A program made the position numbers and the translations under genes. Positions 18,281 to 26,525 of a DNA stretch of 64,000 nucleotides are shown here, one piece after another. Origin of the DNA: an uncultured Acidobacteriota bacterium (GTDB lineage Bacteria; Acidobacteriota; Vicinamibacteria; Vicinamibacterales; UBA8438); assembly GCA_913043225.1 (NCBI GenBank), contig CAJWLU010000006.1, positions 45,465-109,464 of the forward strand, read 5' to 3'. Position 1 is the first letter of the stretch. Every line of letters starts with the position of its first letter. The notes under the pieces were generated by a model. It saw nothing but the letters and a program-made list of their open reading frames with translations, ran no database searches and was not told the origin of the DNA.

Positions 18281-19390
18281 ATGGCTGGTGTCACACGTCG
18301 GAGCTTTGTGGGGCGAATGGGCGCGGGGGCGGTTGGTGCCGCAGCCGCAGGCCTCTTGCCAATGGCGAGACAGGTGCGTGTGCGGGCGCAGCCGCGACAG
18401 AACTGGCTCGACCTGACTCCAGAGCCGGCGCTCGAGCCGGCTCTGCCTATCATCGACCCACATCACCATCTGTGGGACCGCCCCGGCAACCGGTACATGC
18501 TTGAGGAGTTACTCGAGGATACTGGAACGCACAACGTGCGTCAGACGGTGTTCGTGGAGTGTTCGTCGATGTATCGCGCTGACGGTCCGGAAGAGCTCCG
18601 GGTGGTGGGCGAGACCGAGTTCGTGCAGGGCGTCGCTGCTAAGAGCGCGAGCGGTCAGTATGGCAACTCGCGGATGTGTACGGGCATCGTCAGCTCGGCG
18701 GATCTCTTGCTGGGCGACCGTGTTGCGTCAGTCCTCGAGGCACATCAGGCGGCGAGCCCACAGCGGTTTCGGGGCATTCGACACCGTGCGGCGTGGGCCG
18801 AGCCGCCGGTGGTGGGTCGGCGCACACCCGGACCAGAGCACCTGCTGCTCGACAGCGAATTCCGGCGCGGCTACGCCCATCTTCGAACGCATGGCCTGAC
18901 CTTCGAGGGCTGGCTCTACCACACCCACATCGCGGACCTCGCCGATCTGGCTGGAACGTTCCCCGATACAACCATCATCCTCAACCATCTGGGTGGTCCG
19001 ATCGGAATCGGTCCCTACGCTGGGCGTCAGGACGAGGTGTTCGACGTGTGGCGGTCAGCGTTGACCGAGCTTGCGAAGCACGAGAACGTGGTAGCGAAGG
19101 TGGGTGGCATCCAGATGGTAGTAAATGGCTACGGCTGGCACGAGCAGGAGCGGCCACCGTCGTCGGACGACTTGCTGGAGGCGAACCGGCGTTGGTACGA
19201 GCACACCATCGAAGCGTTTGGTCCGGGTCGCTGCATGTTCGAGAGCAACTTTCCTGTCGACAAGCTGTCCTGTTCCTATGTGGTGCTCTGGAACCAGTTC
19301 AAGAAGCTGACTCGGGGCTACTCGAGCGATGAGCGGGCGGCGATGTTCCACGACACCGCTCAGCGCGTGTATCGCCTCACGCAGCTGTAA
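18281..19390 (+). CDS. Amidohydrolase-2-type metal-dependent hydrolase with twin-arginine leader
   Basis: ORF 18149-19390. ATG 18281 gives MAGVTRRSFVGRMGAGAVGAAAAGLLP. IIDPHHHLW (H-x-H) at the start of the TIM-barrel core. Confidence 0.8.
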   Translation: MAGVTRRSFVGRMGAGAVGAAAAGLLPMARQVRVRAQPRQNWLDLTPEPALEPALPIIDPHHHLWDRPGNRYMLEELLEDTGTHNVRQTVFVECSSMYRADGPEELRVVGETEFVQGVAAKSASGQYGNSRMCTGIVSSADLLLGDRVASVLEAHQAASPQRFRGIRHRAAWAEPPVVGRRTPGPEHLLLDSEFRRGYAHLRTHGLTFEGWLYHTHIADLADLAGTFPDTTIILNHLGGPIGIGPYAGRQDEVFDVWRSALTELAKHENVVAKVGGIQMVVNGYGWHEQERPPSSDDLLEANRRWYEHTIEAFGPGRCMFESNFPVDKLSCSYVVLWNQFKKLTRGYSSDERAAMFHDTAQRVYRLTQL

Positions 19391-19399
19391 CCCTACCCG

Positions 19400-20431
19400 C
19401 TAGTCTGCGCTCAAGAACCGTTGCGCGGCAGCCGTCGCCAGCAGCCGTCGCCCCTGCTCGCGTCCCCGTTCGAACGTTCGCATCGTGACCTCTCGGTCGA
19501 AGCAGAGGAATCCCGCCTCGATCGGATGGTCCGGGTAAATCAGTAGTAGTCGGTTCTCTGCGATGTCCCTGGCCACGGCCGGTTCGTCGTTCAGGGAGCG
19601 GAGGCGCAGGCTGGTTTCCCACAGGTGGCCGGCAGGGTCACAACAGAAGACGACCGTGCGGTCGGTCGCGGCCCACGTTGCGACCTTGGTGAAGCGTGGC
19701 TGTTCGCCGAAGATGCCCATGGGCATCTTCAGAGAAAAGCCGCCGTCGACGAAGGTCGCGTCTTGATCAGCGGGGTAGAGGCCGGATGTGGTCAGGCGAT
19801 CTGGAGGGATGGCTGGGCCCATCGCTAGCGGGACCAGGCACGAGGCCTCGATCGCGTCATGGTAATTCTCGCGAGTGAGCGGCCGGACGAATTCGGTGGC
19901 TAGGTCGTCGGGTAGATGACTGGCGAAGACGACGGGTTCGAGCAGGTAGCGGGGCTGGTACTTCAACCAGCGTGGCAGTTTCCGGGTGGTGGCCATCGCA
20001 AACAGGCGGGCCAGGTCGGTGGAGCCTGGGCGGCGTCCGTCAGGACGCCGGACTCGCGTGGTGAACACCAGCAGGCGCCGGCTGGCGTGTTTATCGAAGA
20101 CTCGATTCACCTCGCCTGGTTCCATGACATAGCGGATAGAGGCATGGAGGTGCCGTCGGAACGCACTCGACGGCCATAGCTGGGTGACGTCGGGGGGGAG
20201 GGGGTAGCGGGTGGGAATGTCGTCAGAGCCCCAGGCGGTCCAGCCCTTGAGCACCGTTGCTTCGGTGCCGGTGGCCACGTCGGCCGCAGCGTACCCGCCG
20301 GCCGAGGCGCCCATCATGACCGAGGGGTAGCCGCCGTGCTGACGCGCCCAAGCCATTAACTCGTACAGCACGCCGCCCTGCCAGGCCCCACGGCCAGCTC
20401 CCCCCGAGTCGAGAATCCATCCGCACGCCAT
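19400..20431 (-). CDS. Patatin-like phospholipase
   Basis: 343-aa ORF with no signal peptide. Oxyanion motif DSGGAGRGAWQGG (GGxRG) and nucleophile elbow GASAGG (GxSxG). Confidence 0.75.
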   Translation of the reverse strand: MACGWILDSGGAGRGAWQGGVLYELMAWARQHGGYPSVMMGASAGGYAAADVATGTEATVLKGWTAWGSDDIPTRYPLPPDVTQLWPSSAFRRHLHASIRYVMEPGEVNRVFDKHASRRLLVFTTRVRRPDGRRPGSTDLARLFAMATTRKLPRWLKYQPRYLLEPVVFASHLPDDLATEFVRPLTRENYHDAIEASCLVPLAMGPAIPPDRLTTSGLYPADQDATFVDGGFSLKMPMGIFGEQPRFTKVATWAATDRTVVFCCDPAGHLWETSLRLRSLNDEPAVARDIAENRLLLIYPDHPIEAGFLCFDREVTMRTFERGREQGRRLLATAAAQRFLSAD

Positions 20432-20541
20432 ACTGATCGTCCGCTCCGGTGGGGGAGCCTATCACCCGTGGGGTGGACCGGGTATCATGGCGCACGCCAC
20501 GACGCGAACCGTGGCGGCAATTTCAGCACAGGAGAAGACAG

Positions 20542-21003
20542 ATGTACACCACTCGTACCATGCTCGCCACCGCACTTGTCGTGTTCGGACTGGCCGGCGC
20601 CGCCCAGGCTCAGGATATGCCGGCGTTCTGCGGCCCGTCGGGTCAGCTGCCGGACGATTTCTCGAAGAACGTGGCGGCGGATTCCCGCTGCTTCGAGATC
20701 CGGATGTATACGGCGAATGAAGCCGAGGGCGGCGACATCGACACGCTGCACCAGCGGTTCCGTGAAGGCGAAGTGGCGCTCTTCGAGAAGCACGGTGCCG
20801 AGATCGTCGCTGTCTGGCAGCGGATGGACGACCCAAACACCATGGTCTGGATGCTGGCGTATCGGGACCGCGCCCATCGTGACGAGGTCTTCGAAGGGTT
20901 TCGCAACGATCCGGACTGGCCCCCGTTGCGCGCCAAGTATGCCGTACCCCTGAGTATCGAAGCGTTCATGCTGAGCGCCTCCGACTATTCGAATCTCAAG
21001 TAG
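20542..21003 (+). CDS. NIPSNAP-like (dimeric alpha/beta-barrel) protein with signal peptide
   Basis: ORF 20449-21003. ATG 20542 is preceded by AGGAG. Leader ATALVVFGLAGAAQAQ. The core CFEIRMYTA..GDIDTLHQRF.EGEVALFEKHGAEIVAVWQ..PNTMVWMLAYRDRAHRDEVFEGF reads like NIPSNAP. Confidence 0.6.
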   Translation: MYTTRTMLATALVVFGLAGAAQAQDMPAFCGPSGQLPDDFSKNVAADSRCFEIRMYTANEAEGGDIDTLHQRFREGEVALFEKHGAEIVAVWQRMDDPNTMVWMLAYRDRAHRDEVFEGFRNDPDWPPLRAKYAVPLSIEAFMLSASDYSNLK

Positions 21004-21334
21004 TCGGCTTCGGGGGGAGACTTCCTCCTGCAGAAGGCGAGTCGGTCATGGCTCAGAGTGCTGCTGGTGGCCGTCGTTTCGTGCGATGGGCCTGTGCCAT
21101 CGACCGGTTCGCCCCCTGATTGACCGCTGGCCGAGGTGCGGCCTGACGTTGGCGTCCCGGCTCGCTCACTTCATGCCAGGCCGTCGACTGCGCGCGGGCA
21201 CGCGCCTTCAAGCACGGCCTGGGGGTGCCTTGTCGGCGTCTTTCTCAAGGCGAATGCTTGCACGAGGGGGTGGCCCAGTCGCCGAGCTTGTTCGTGGTCT
21301 TCGCCATCTCCATGTTCTAGCCAGGAAATAGCGG

Positions 21335-22774
21335 TTGTCCAAGCAAGGCGGATATTGGCTGCTGGCTGGGATCGCCGTGATGGCGGTTGTGACCGCGCTG
21401 CCATCCCCCTCCCCACTTCTGCACGAAGCTGAGTTGGTGCCCCTGACGGTGGAGGGGAAGGCCACCCTGGCGGTGCTTGCCTTTGCGGTGGTGCTTTGGG
21501 TGACCGAGGCGCTGCCCTTTCCGGTGACGGCGCTGTCGGTTATGGTCCTGCTCCCGGCCCTTGGGGTGTCCACTTTCTCCACCGTGGTCAGTCAGGGGTT
21601 CGGCCATTCGATAATCGTCTTCCTTATCGGCATCTTGATCTTGGCGGCAGGGTTCGGGCATTCGGGTCTCGGCGCTCGGCTGGTCCTCGGTGTGCTCAGG
21701 GTGGTCGGCACCAGCACCGACAGGGTGCTTCTGGGGTTTCTGTCTGTCGGCGCGGTCCTGTCGATGTGGTTGAACGACCTGGCCGCAGCGGCGCTGCTCT
21801 TGCCGCTAGGGGTCGGACTGCTCGAGGATGCTGGGCTCCGTCGACAGGAGAGCAACTTCGGGCGGGCGCTCATGATCGGGTGCGCGTTCGGTCCTCTGAT
21901 TGGCGGCGTGGCTACGCCGGCCGGCACTGGCGCCAACCAGGTGACTATGGCGTATCTGCGTGACATGGCCGGTGTGGAGCTGTCGTTCCTGGACTGGATG
22001 ACGTTCGGGTTGCCGGCCACCGTGTTGATGGTCCCGTGTGCTTGGAAACTGCTGCTCTGGGTGTTTCCGCCGGAGATTGCCCGCCTGCCGATTGAGGACA
22101 GCGCGCTAGTGCGTCGTCAGGAGGCGCTAGGAGGATTCTCGCCGGTGGAGTGGAAGACGCTGGTTGTTTTCGCTATGACCATCCTGGTCTGGCTGACGAC
22201 GCCCCTGCTAGCGGCCTGGACCGACGGGCGGATCAACCCGTCGATGCACGCCGTAGCCCTGGCCGGGGGGCTGGCCATGTTTCTGCCTGGCGTGAGAGTG
22301 CTGACCTGGAAGATGGCACAGCAGGAGATTCAGTGGGGCGGCATTCTCCTGGTTGCGGCTGGCTTGGCGCTTGGCTTGACGGTGTTCGAGACCGGCGCCG
22401 CCCGGTGGGTCGGGCTGGGCTTGCTCGTACCGATAGCTCTGGTCCCTGCGCTGGCGCAGCCGTTCGTCGTCGTGGTCGTGGTCTCTGCGATGCACTTGCT
22501 GTTTGCCAGCAACACCGTAACGGCCACCGTGGTCCTGCCCATCCTGATTGCCCTGGCGGGTGACCTGGGTCTGACGCCGCTCGCCATCGCCATCCCGGCT
22601 GGGTTCGCCTCGTCGCTGGCGTTCATCCTGGTGACCGAGAGTCCGGCCAACGTCGTGCTGTACAGCGCTGGCTACTTTTCGATCCGTGACATGGCCCGGG
22701 CTGGTGTCTGGATGACCTTGGCCGCGGCCGTCTGTGTCACCGTCGCGGTCACCGTGGTGGGGATGTTTCTGTAG
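21335..22774 (+). CDS. DASS/SLC13-type anion (di/tricarboxylate or sulfate) transporter
   Basis: 479-aa polytopic membrane ORF (TTG start, uncertain). VTEALPFPVTALSVMVLLP and the overall helix pattern are typical of DASS-family permeases. Confidence 0.7.
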   Translation: MSKQGGYWLLAGIAVMAVVTALPSPSPLLHEAELVPLTVEGKATLAVLAFAVVLWVTEALPFPVTALSVMVLLPALGVSTFSTVVSQGFGHSIIVFLIGILILAAGFGHSGLGARLVLGVLRVVGTSTDRVLLGFLSVGAVLSMWLNDLAAAALLLPLGVGLLEDAGLRRQESNFGRALMIGCAFGPLIGGVATPAGTGANQVTMAYLRDMAGVELSFLDWMTFGLPATVLMVPCAWKLLLWVFPPEIARLPIEDSALVRRQEALGGFSPVEWKTLVVFAMTILVWLTTPLLAAWTDGRINPSMHAVALAGGLAMFLPGVRVLTWKMAQQEIQWGGILLVAAGLALGLTVFETGAARWVGLGLLVPIALVPALAQPFVVVVVVSAMHLLFASNTVTATVVLPILIALAGDLGLTPLAIAIPAGFASSLAFILVTESPANVVLYSAGYFSIRDMARAGVWMTLAAAVCVTVAVTVVGMFL

Positions 22775-22792
22775 AGCTACAATTCCCGCTTC

Positions 22793-23185
22793 ATGACCGA
22801 CCCCAACCTGCAGATTGCGGTGCGCGCCCTGATGACCGAGTTTGTCGGACTCTATAACGAGGGTGACACCGATGGAATTGCCGCAGTCTACACCGATGAC
22901 GGCCACCGGTTCGATGCATTTGGCGGGCATGCGGATGGCAGAGAAGCGGTCCGGGTGATGTATCGCGAGGAGATCAATCGGCGAGGGCCGGAGCCGAGGA
23001 ATCCGCCTGGGCAAGAACTCGAGTTGGACATCAACATTGTCCTGCCGCTGTCGTCGTCCCAGGCGCTTGTCGACGGGCTGATCCGGTTCCGCGGGCGCCA
23101 TCGCCGGTTTACTGCGGTGGCTCGGCTCGATCCAGATCGTTGGCGCTTGCAACTCGGTCGGGTTCATCCCCCGGCCGGTGGCTAA
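22793..23185 (+). CDS. SnoaL/NTF2-like small protein
   Basis: 130-aa ORF. LMTEFVGLYNEGDTDGIAAVYTDDGHRFD.FGGHADGREAV resembles SnoaL-like/DUF4440 proteins. Confidence 0.55.
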   Translation: MTDPNLQIAVRALMTEFVGLYNEGDTDGIAAVYTDDGHRFDAFGGHADGREAVRVMYREEINRRGPEPRNPPGQELELDINIVLPLSSSQALVDGLIRFRGRHRRFTAVARLDPDRWRLQLGRVHPPAGG

Positions 23186-23194
23186 TGAGGGTGT

Positions 23195-23400
23195 TCACTG
23201 ACCGTCCGGACCGCGGATCTTCTCGCTCGGCAGCTCGAACAACCACGAGATCCTGAAGGCGAGCGGTAGGTCGGGTCGTGCCTCTGGGTCTCGATTGCGT
23301 TCACGGTCTGGCGAAATACTCCCAGCCGTTCGGCTAACGCTGTCTTCGACCAGTCGCGCTCGCCCGAAGCCCCTCCCCTCCGCGCTTTACGAGCGACCGC
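23195..23400 (-). pseudogene. Remnant of a small XRE-family HTH regulator (no start codon, 1-nt frameshift)
   Basis: One minus-strand frame reads ..ARKARRGEGASGERDWSKTALAERLGVFRQTVNAIETQRHDPT. A neighbouring frame continues ..DLPLAFRISWLFELPSEKIRGPDGQ* (stop 23195-23197). Together these match the sQ.eLA..lGVsRqTinaIE.g..dPSl.LA..Ia.lF pattern. No ATG/GTG/TTG lies upstream in frame back to the TAA at 23458-23460. Confidence 0.45.
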
Positions 23401-23429
23401 TTCGACAAGGGAAAGCGCAGAGCGCTCCG

Positions 23430-25178
23430 TCAGGGCAGTCGAAAGACGAAGAGCGTGTTACCGCGCGGTGGCTGCCTTATCTCGGGCGTTAGGCCACGGT
23501 GATTGACCCCGCCGCCGGTGGCGATGGCGACAAATTGGGCCCCGTCGTGCTCGTAGGAGACGGGGAAGCCGCCAGCGCTGGAATTCAGGATCTGCTCCCA
23601 GAGCACGTCGCCGGTCGAGACATCGAAGGCGCGGAACCGGCGCGCGTCATCGGTCACGAATACGAGCCCGCCTCCGGTGCTCAAGACGGAACCCCCGATG
23701 CCGGCGCGCTGGCGATGCACCCACCTGGGCTCGCCGGTCGCCAGATCCATCGCGGTGAACATGCCGACCTGTCCATTGGCCTCGGGCGCGATGGAGCGGT
23801 TGACGCGCGCAGATCCGTGGTGTCGTCCTGGTCGGTTGCGGAACTCGTTCAGCGTGAGGTCCATGCACACGTCATTGGTCGGGGCGAAGAGCGTGTTGCT
23901 GGCGGGGTTGTACGCGGTGGCCTGCCAGTTGATGCCGCCGATGAGGCTGGGACAGACAAAGACGGGCTCGCCCACCTGAGGGAACTTGAGCGCCTGGTTA
24001 AGGAGAACCCGCCGGCTCTCCGCGTCGATGTCCTCGACGACGTTCTGAGTATTGGTTGGCTGCGCCCAGAGAAACGCGCCGGTCGCGGCGTCGAGCGCCC
24101 ACACGATGCCGGTCTTGCCAGGAATCCCAGTGACGATCTTTCGACGATTCCCCGAGGTGATGCCGTTATTTCGCCACTCAACGTCGCCCGGTGAGACCTC
24201 GGTTTCGACCACGAGCCGGGCGAACGGATGGTCGAGGTCCCACTCGTCGTTCGGTATGTGCTGGAAGTACCAGGCAATCTCGCCCGTGTCGGCGTTTAGC
24301 GCCAGCGTCGAGTTGGTGTACAGCACGTCGCCGTCGCCGGTGCCGCGCTGCACCGAACCCCAAGGGATGGGGACGCCCACCCCGGTGTAGATCAGGTTCA
24401 GTTCTGGGTCGTAGCTCGGTGAGTTCCAGGGCGATCCGCCGCGGCGGTCCTCCTCGGGCACGTCGCCCCAGGTGTCGTAACCGAACTCGCCAGGGCCTGG
24501 AATGGTGTAGGTGCGCCAGTGTTCCTCGCCGGTGTCCGCGTTATGGGCGGAGACCCAGCAGCGGGTGTTGAGGTGATAGCAGCCGGACATGCCGATGACC
24601 ACCTGTCCCTTGATCACCATTGGTCCGCCGGAATAGTGCTGGCCGATCGTCCAGTCGCCGACTTGGACTTCCCATTCGACCTCGCCGCTCCGGGCGTTGA
24701 GCGCGAGTAGATGTGCGTCGTGGGTGCCGAGGAAGATCTTGTCGTCGTACAGCGCGCCGCTCCGGTTGGCGCAGGCCAGATTGGCCGGATGTTCGACTCG
24801 CTCCCGTCGGTATTCCCAGATGCGCGTGCCGTCGCGTAGGTCCAGCGCCTCGACGTAGTCGCAGGCTTGTACCAGAAACATCATCCCGTCGTGCACGAGG
24901 GGGGTGGTCTCTTGCAGCCCTTCGGCCATGGTCCAGGCCCACGCCAGCCGCAACGTGCCTACGTTCGAGGTGTTGATCTGAGTGAGCGGGCTGTGCCCCC
25001 AGTGGCCGTAGCTGCGGCGCCACATCAGCCAATCGCTGTCAGGCGGGTCGACCAGTTCCGCGTCGCTCACCGGCGTGTAGGCGAGGGCGATTGGCGATAA
25101 CTCCTCGGTTTGGGCTACGCCCGGGGTAGCGGTGGCCCCGACGAGCAGAACGCTGGTGACGAGAACTGCTGTTCGCAT
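23430..25178 (-). CDS. PQQ-dependent dehydrogenase, PQQ-2
   Basis: ORF 23430-25319(-). ATG 25178 gives signal peptide MRTAVLVTSVLLVGATATPGVAQ. Propeller repeats (ALDLRDGTRIWEY, ALNARSGEVEWEV, AHNADTGEEHW, ALNADTGEIAWYFQ, ALDAATGAFLW, AMDLATGEPRW, AFDVSTGDVLW). NDEWDLDHP active-site region. Paralogous to PQQ-7. Confidence 0.88.
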   Translation of the reverse strand: MRTAVLVTSVLLVGATATPGVAQTEELSPIALAYTPVSDAELVDPPDSDWLMWRRSYGHWGHSPLTQINTSNVGTLRLAWAWTMAEGLQETTPLVHDGMMFLVQACDYVEALDLRDGTRIWEYRRERVEHPANLACANRSGALYDDKIFLGTHDAHLLALNARSGEVEWEVQVGDWTIGQHYSGGPMVIKGQVVIGMSGCYHLNTRCWVSAHNADTGEEHWRTYTIPGPGEFGYDTWGDVPEEDRRGGSPWNSPSYDPELNLIYTGVGVPIPWGSVQRGTGDGDVLYTNSTLALNADTGEIAWYFQHIPNDEWDLDHPFARLVVETEVSPGDVEWRNNGITSGNRRKIVTGIPGKTGIVWALDAATGAFLWAQPTNTQNVVEDIDAESRRVLLNQALKFPQVGEPVFVCPSLIGGINWQATAYNPASNTLFAPTNDVCMDLTLNEFRNRPGRHHGSARVNRSIAPEANGQVGMFTAMDLATGEPRWVHRQRAGIGGSVLSTGGGLVFVTDDARRFRAFDVSTGDVLWEQILNSSAGGFPVSYEHDGAQFVAIATGGGVNHRGLTPEIRQPPRGNTLFVFRLP

Positions 25179-25309
25179 GGCATGAGGATACACCGGGTGG
25201 CGGCGACGGGAAGTGCTATCAGCGGCCGCTGTTGTCTCGGCGTGCGTACCGTGTCGGGCAGTCGGACGACCAGCTCGAGCTATTCCGCAAACGAGGCGCC
25301 GTGGGGACG

Positions 25310-25660
25310 CTAAACCCACTCAGGCGGAGGCGTGATCTCCTCGGACGGCGGCCGGCCAGCGGCTGGTCGACCCGAGCCTTCGAGTCGGCTGATCGCGCGG
25401 ACGCTCATGTCCTGGTCGCACTGAATCTGACACGACAGACGCACCCCGCTGATATTCCGCTCTTCGAACACCGCTTTTTCGGCCGTGGTCATCTTGCTGG
25501 GTTCGCCGTCGATGAATTCCACGCGACAGGTGGTGCACCGGGAGTTGCCGCCGCAGGCGTGCAGCACGTCCACTTCTGCATCCTGCTTCAGCGCCAGGAC
25601 GAGACGCTTGCCATCGGCTACGTTGACCGTGCCGTATCCTTCCACCGTGAGCTTGGGCAT
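25310..25660 (-). CDS. 2Fe-2S ferredoxin (fer2 domain), cytoplasmic
   Basis: 116-aa ORF with no signal peptide. Cys ligand pattern HACGGNSRCTTCRV ... LSCQ. Confidence 0.8.
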   Translation of the reverse strand: MPKLTVEGYGTVNVADGKRLVLALKQDAEVDVLHACGGNSRCTTCRVEFIDGEPSKMTTAEKAVFEERNISGVRLSCQIQCDQDMSVRAISRLEGSGRPAAGRPPSEEITPPPEWV

Positions 25661-25694
25661 CGGATTATTCTACGTCTCGGTCTGGAGGGAGCTG

Positions 25695-26447
25695 ATGCGG
25701 AAACTTGAGCTGATACTGGCAGGCCTCGTTCTCTTCCTGGTGGCGGGCTGCGCCGCAAGCCAGGTGGTGGAATGGGAGGTCGATGGAATTCAGCGTGAGG
25801 GTATTGTCTATGCACCCAAGGCTGCGACGGAACAGCCGACACCGCTCGTGCTGGCGTTTCACGGTTTCGGGGACATGGCCCTGAACTTCCAGCGTACCGA
25901 TATCCACGAGGCATGGCCGGAGGCGATCGTTGTCTACTTCCAGGGGCTGACCACGCGCCGAGGCATGCCTGGGTGGCAGTCATCGGCGAGTGCCGAGAAT
26001 CGCGACCTGAGAATGGTCGATATCGCCGTGGCGGCACTAAGGGAGACCTACCAGATCGACGACGCGCGGATTTACGCCACCGGGTTCTCGAATGGTGGCA
26101 TGTTCACGTACCTGCTGTGGGCGGAACGACCGGATCTGTTCGCCGCGTTCGCGCCGATTGCCGCCCGGTTGCGGCCAGGAGTCGAGCCCGCTGTTCCGAA
26201 ACCCCTCTTCCACGCTGCCGGGGAGGGCGACCGCGTAGTCGACTATCGGGCTCAGCTCGCGGCCATCGAGACGGCCATCGAGGTTAATGGTGTGGGGGAT
26301 CAATCCCGGTCGTGCGGCCAGGGCTGCACGCTCTACGGTTCGCAGTCCGGGGCTCCCGTTATGGCCTGGGTCTATCCGGCGGCGCACGTCTGGCCCACGA
26401 GCACGAGCGAACGTATCGCGGACTTCTTTAGAGGACACGCCAAGTAA
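25695..26447 (+). CDS. Esterase/PHB-depolymerase-like alpha/beta hydrolase, lipoprotein
   Basis: ORF 25485-26447. ATG 25695 (GGAGGGA upstream) gives MRKLELILAGLVLFLVAGC. LVLAFHGFGD and nucleophile elbow ATGFSNGGMF. Confidence 0.75.
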   Translation: MRKLELILAGLVLFLVAGCAASQVVEWEVDGIQREGIVYAPKAATEQPTPLVLAFHGFGDMALNFQRTDIHEAWPEAIVVYFQGLTTRRGMPGWQSSASAENRDLRMVDIAVAALRETYQIDDARIYATGFSNGGMFTYLLWAERPDLFAAFAPIAARLRPGVEPAVPKPLFHAAGEGDRVVDYRAQLAAIETAIEVNGVGDQSRSCGQGCTLYGSQSGAPVMAWVYPAAHVWPTSTSERIADFFRGHAK

Positions 26448-26470
26448 AAGCGCGCGCCCGTACATAGGTT

Positions 26471-26497
26471 GGGGGGCCTTCTGCGGGAAGGCCCCCC
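26471..26497. terminator. Strong hairpin between convergent genes (terminator-like, no U-tract)
   Basis: GGGGGGCCTTC (26471-26481) pairs perfectly with GAAGGCCCCCC (26487-26497), loop TGCGG. Flanks are GGTT upstream and AAAGAA downstream, so neither orientation has a classical U-tract. Confidence 0.45.
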
Positions 26498-26525
26498 AAA
26501 GAACAACCGCCGCCCGTCGGAAAGG

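Noticed and set aside
21004-21334. A 330-nt gap upstream of the DASS transporter, including ORF 21086-21331(+) and small minus-strand ORFs, considered as a possible small gene, riboswitch or remnant.
   Set aside because: The translations in all frames show no recognisable motif. I could see no conserved-looking helices or known riboswitch core sequences. It is left unannotated.
25310-25660. The 2Fe-2S ferredoxin as the physiological electron acceptor of the downstream PQQ-2 dehydrogenase.
   Set aside because: The ferredoxin has no export signal, whereas PQQ-2 has a signal peptide. The topology is incompatible, so the adjacency (131-nt gap) may be incidental.
26471-26497. Treating the 11-bp perfect hairpin as a classical bidirectional intrinsic terminator.
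   Set aside because: The A/T tracts are on the wrong sides (TT before the stem, AAA after it, on the plus strand). It is reported only as a terminator-like hairpin of moderate confidence.
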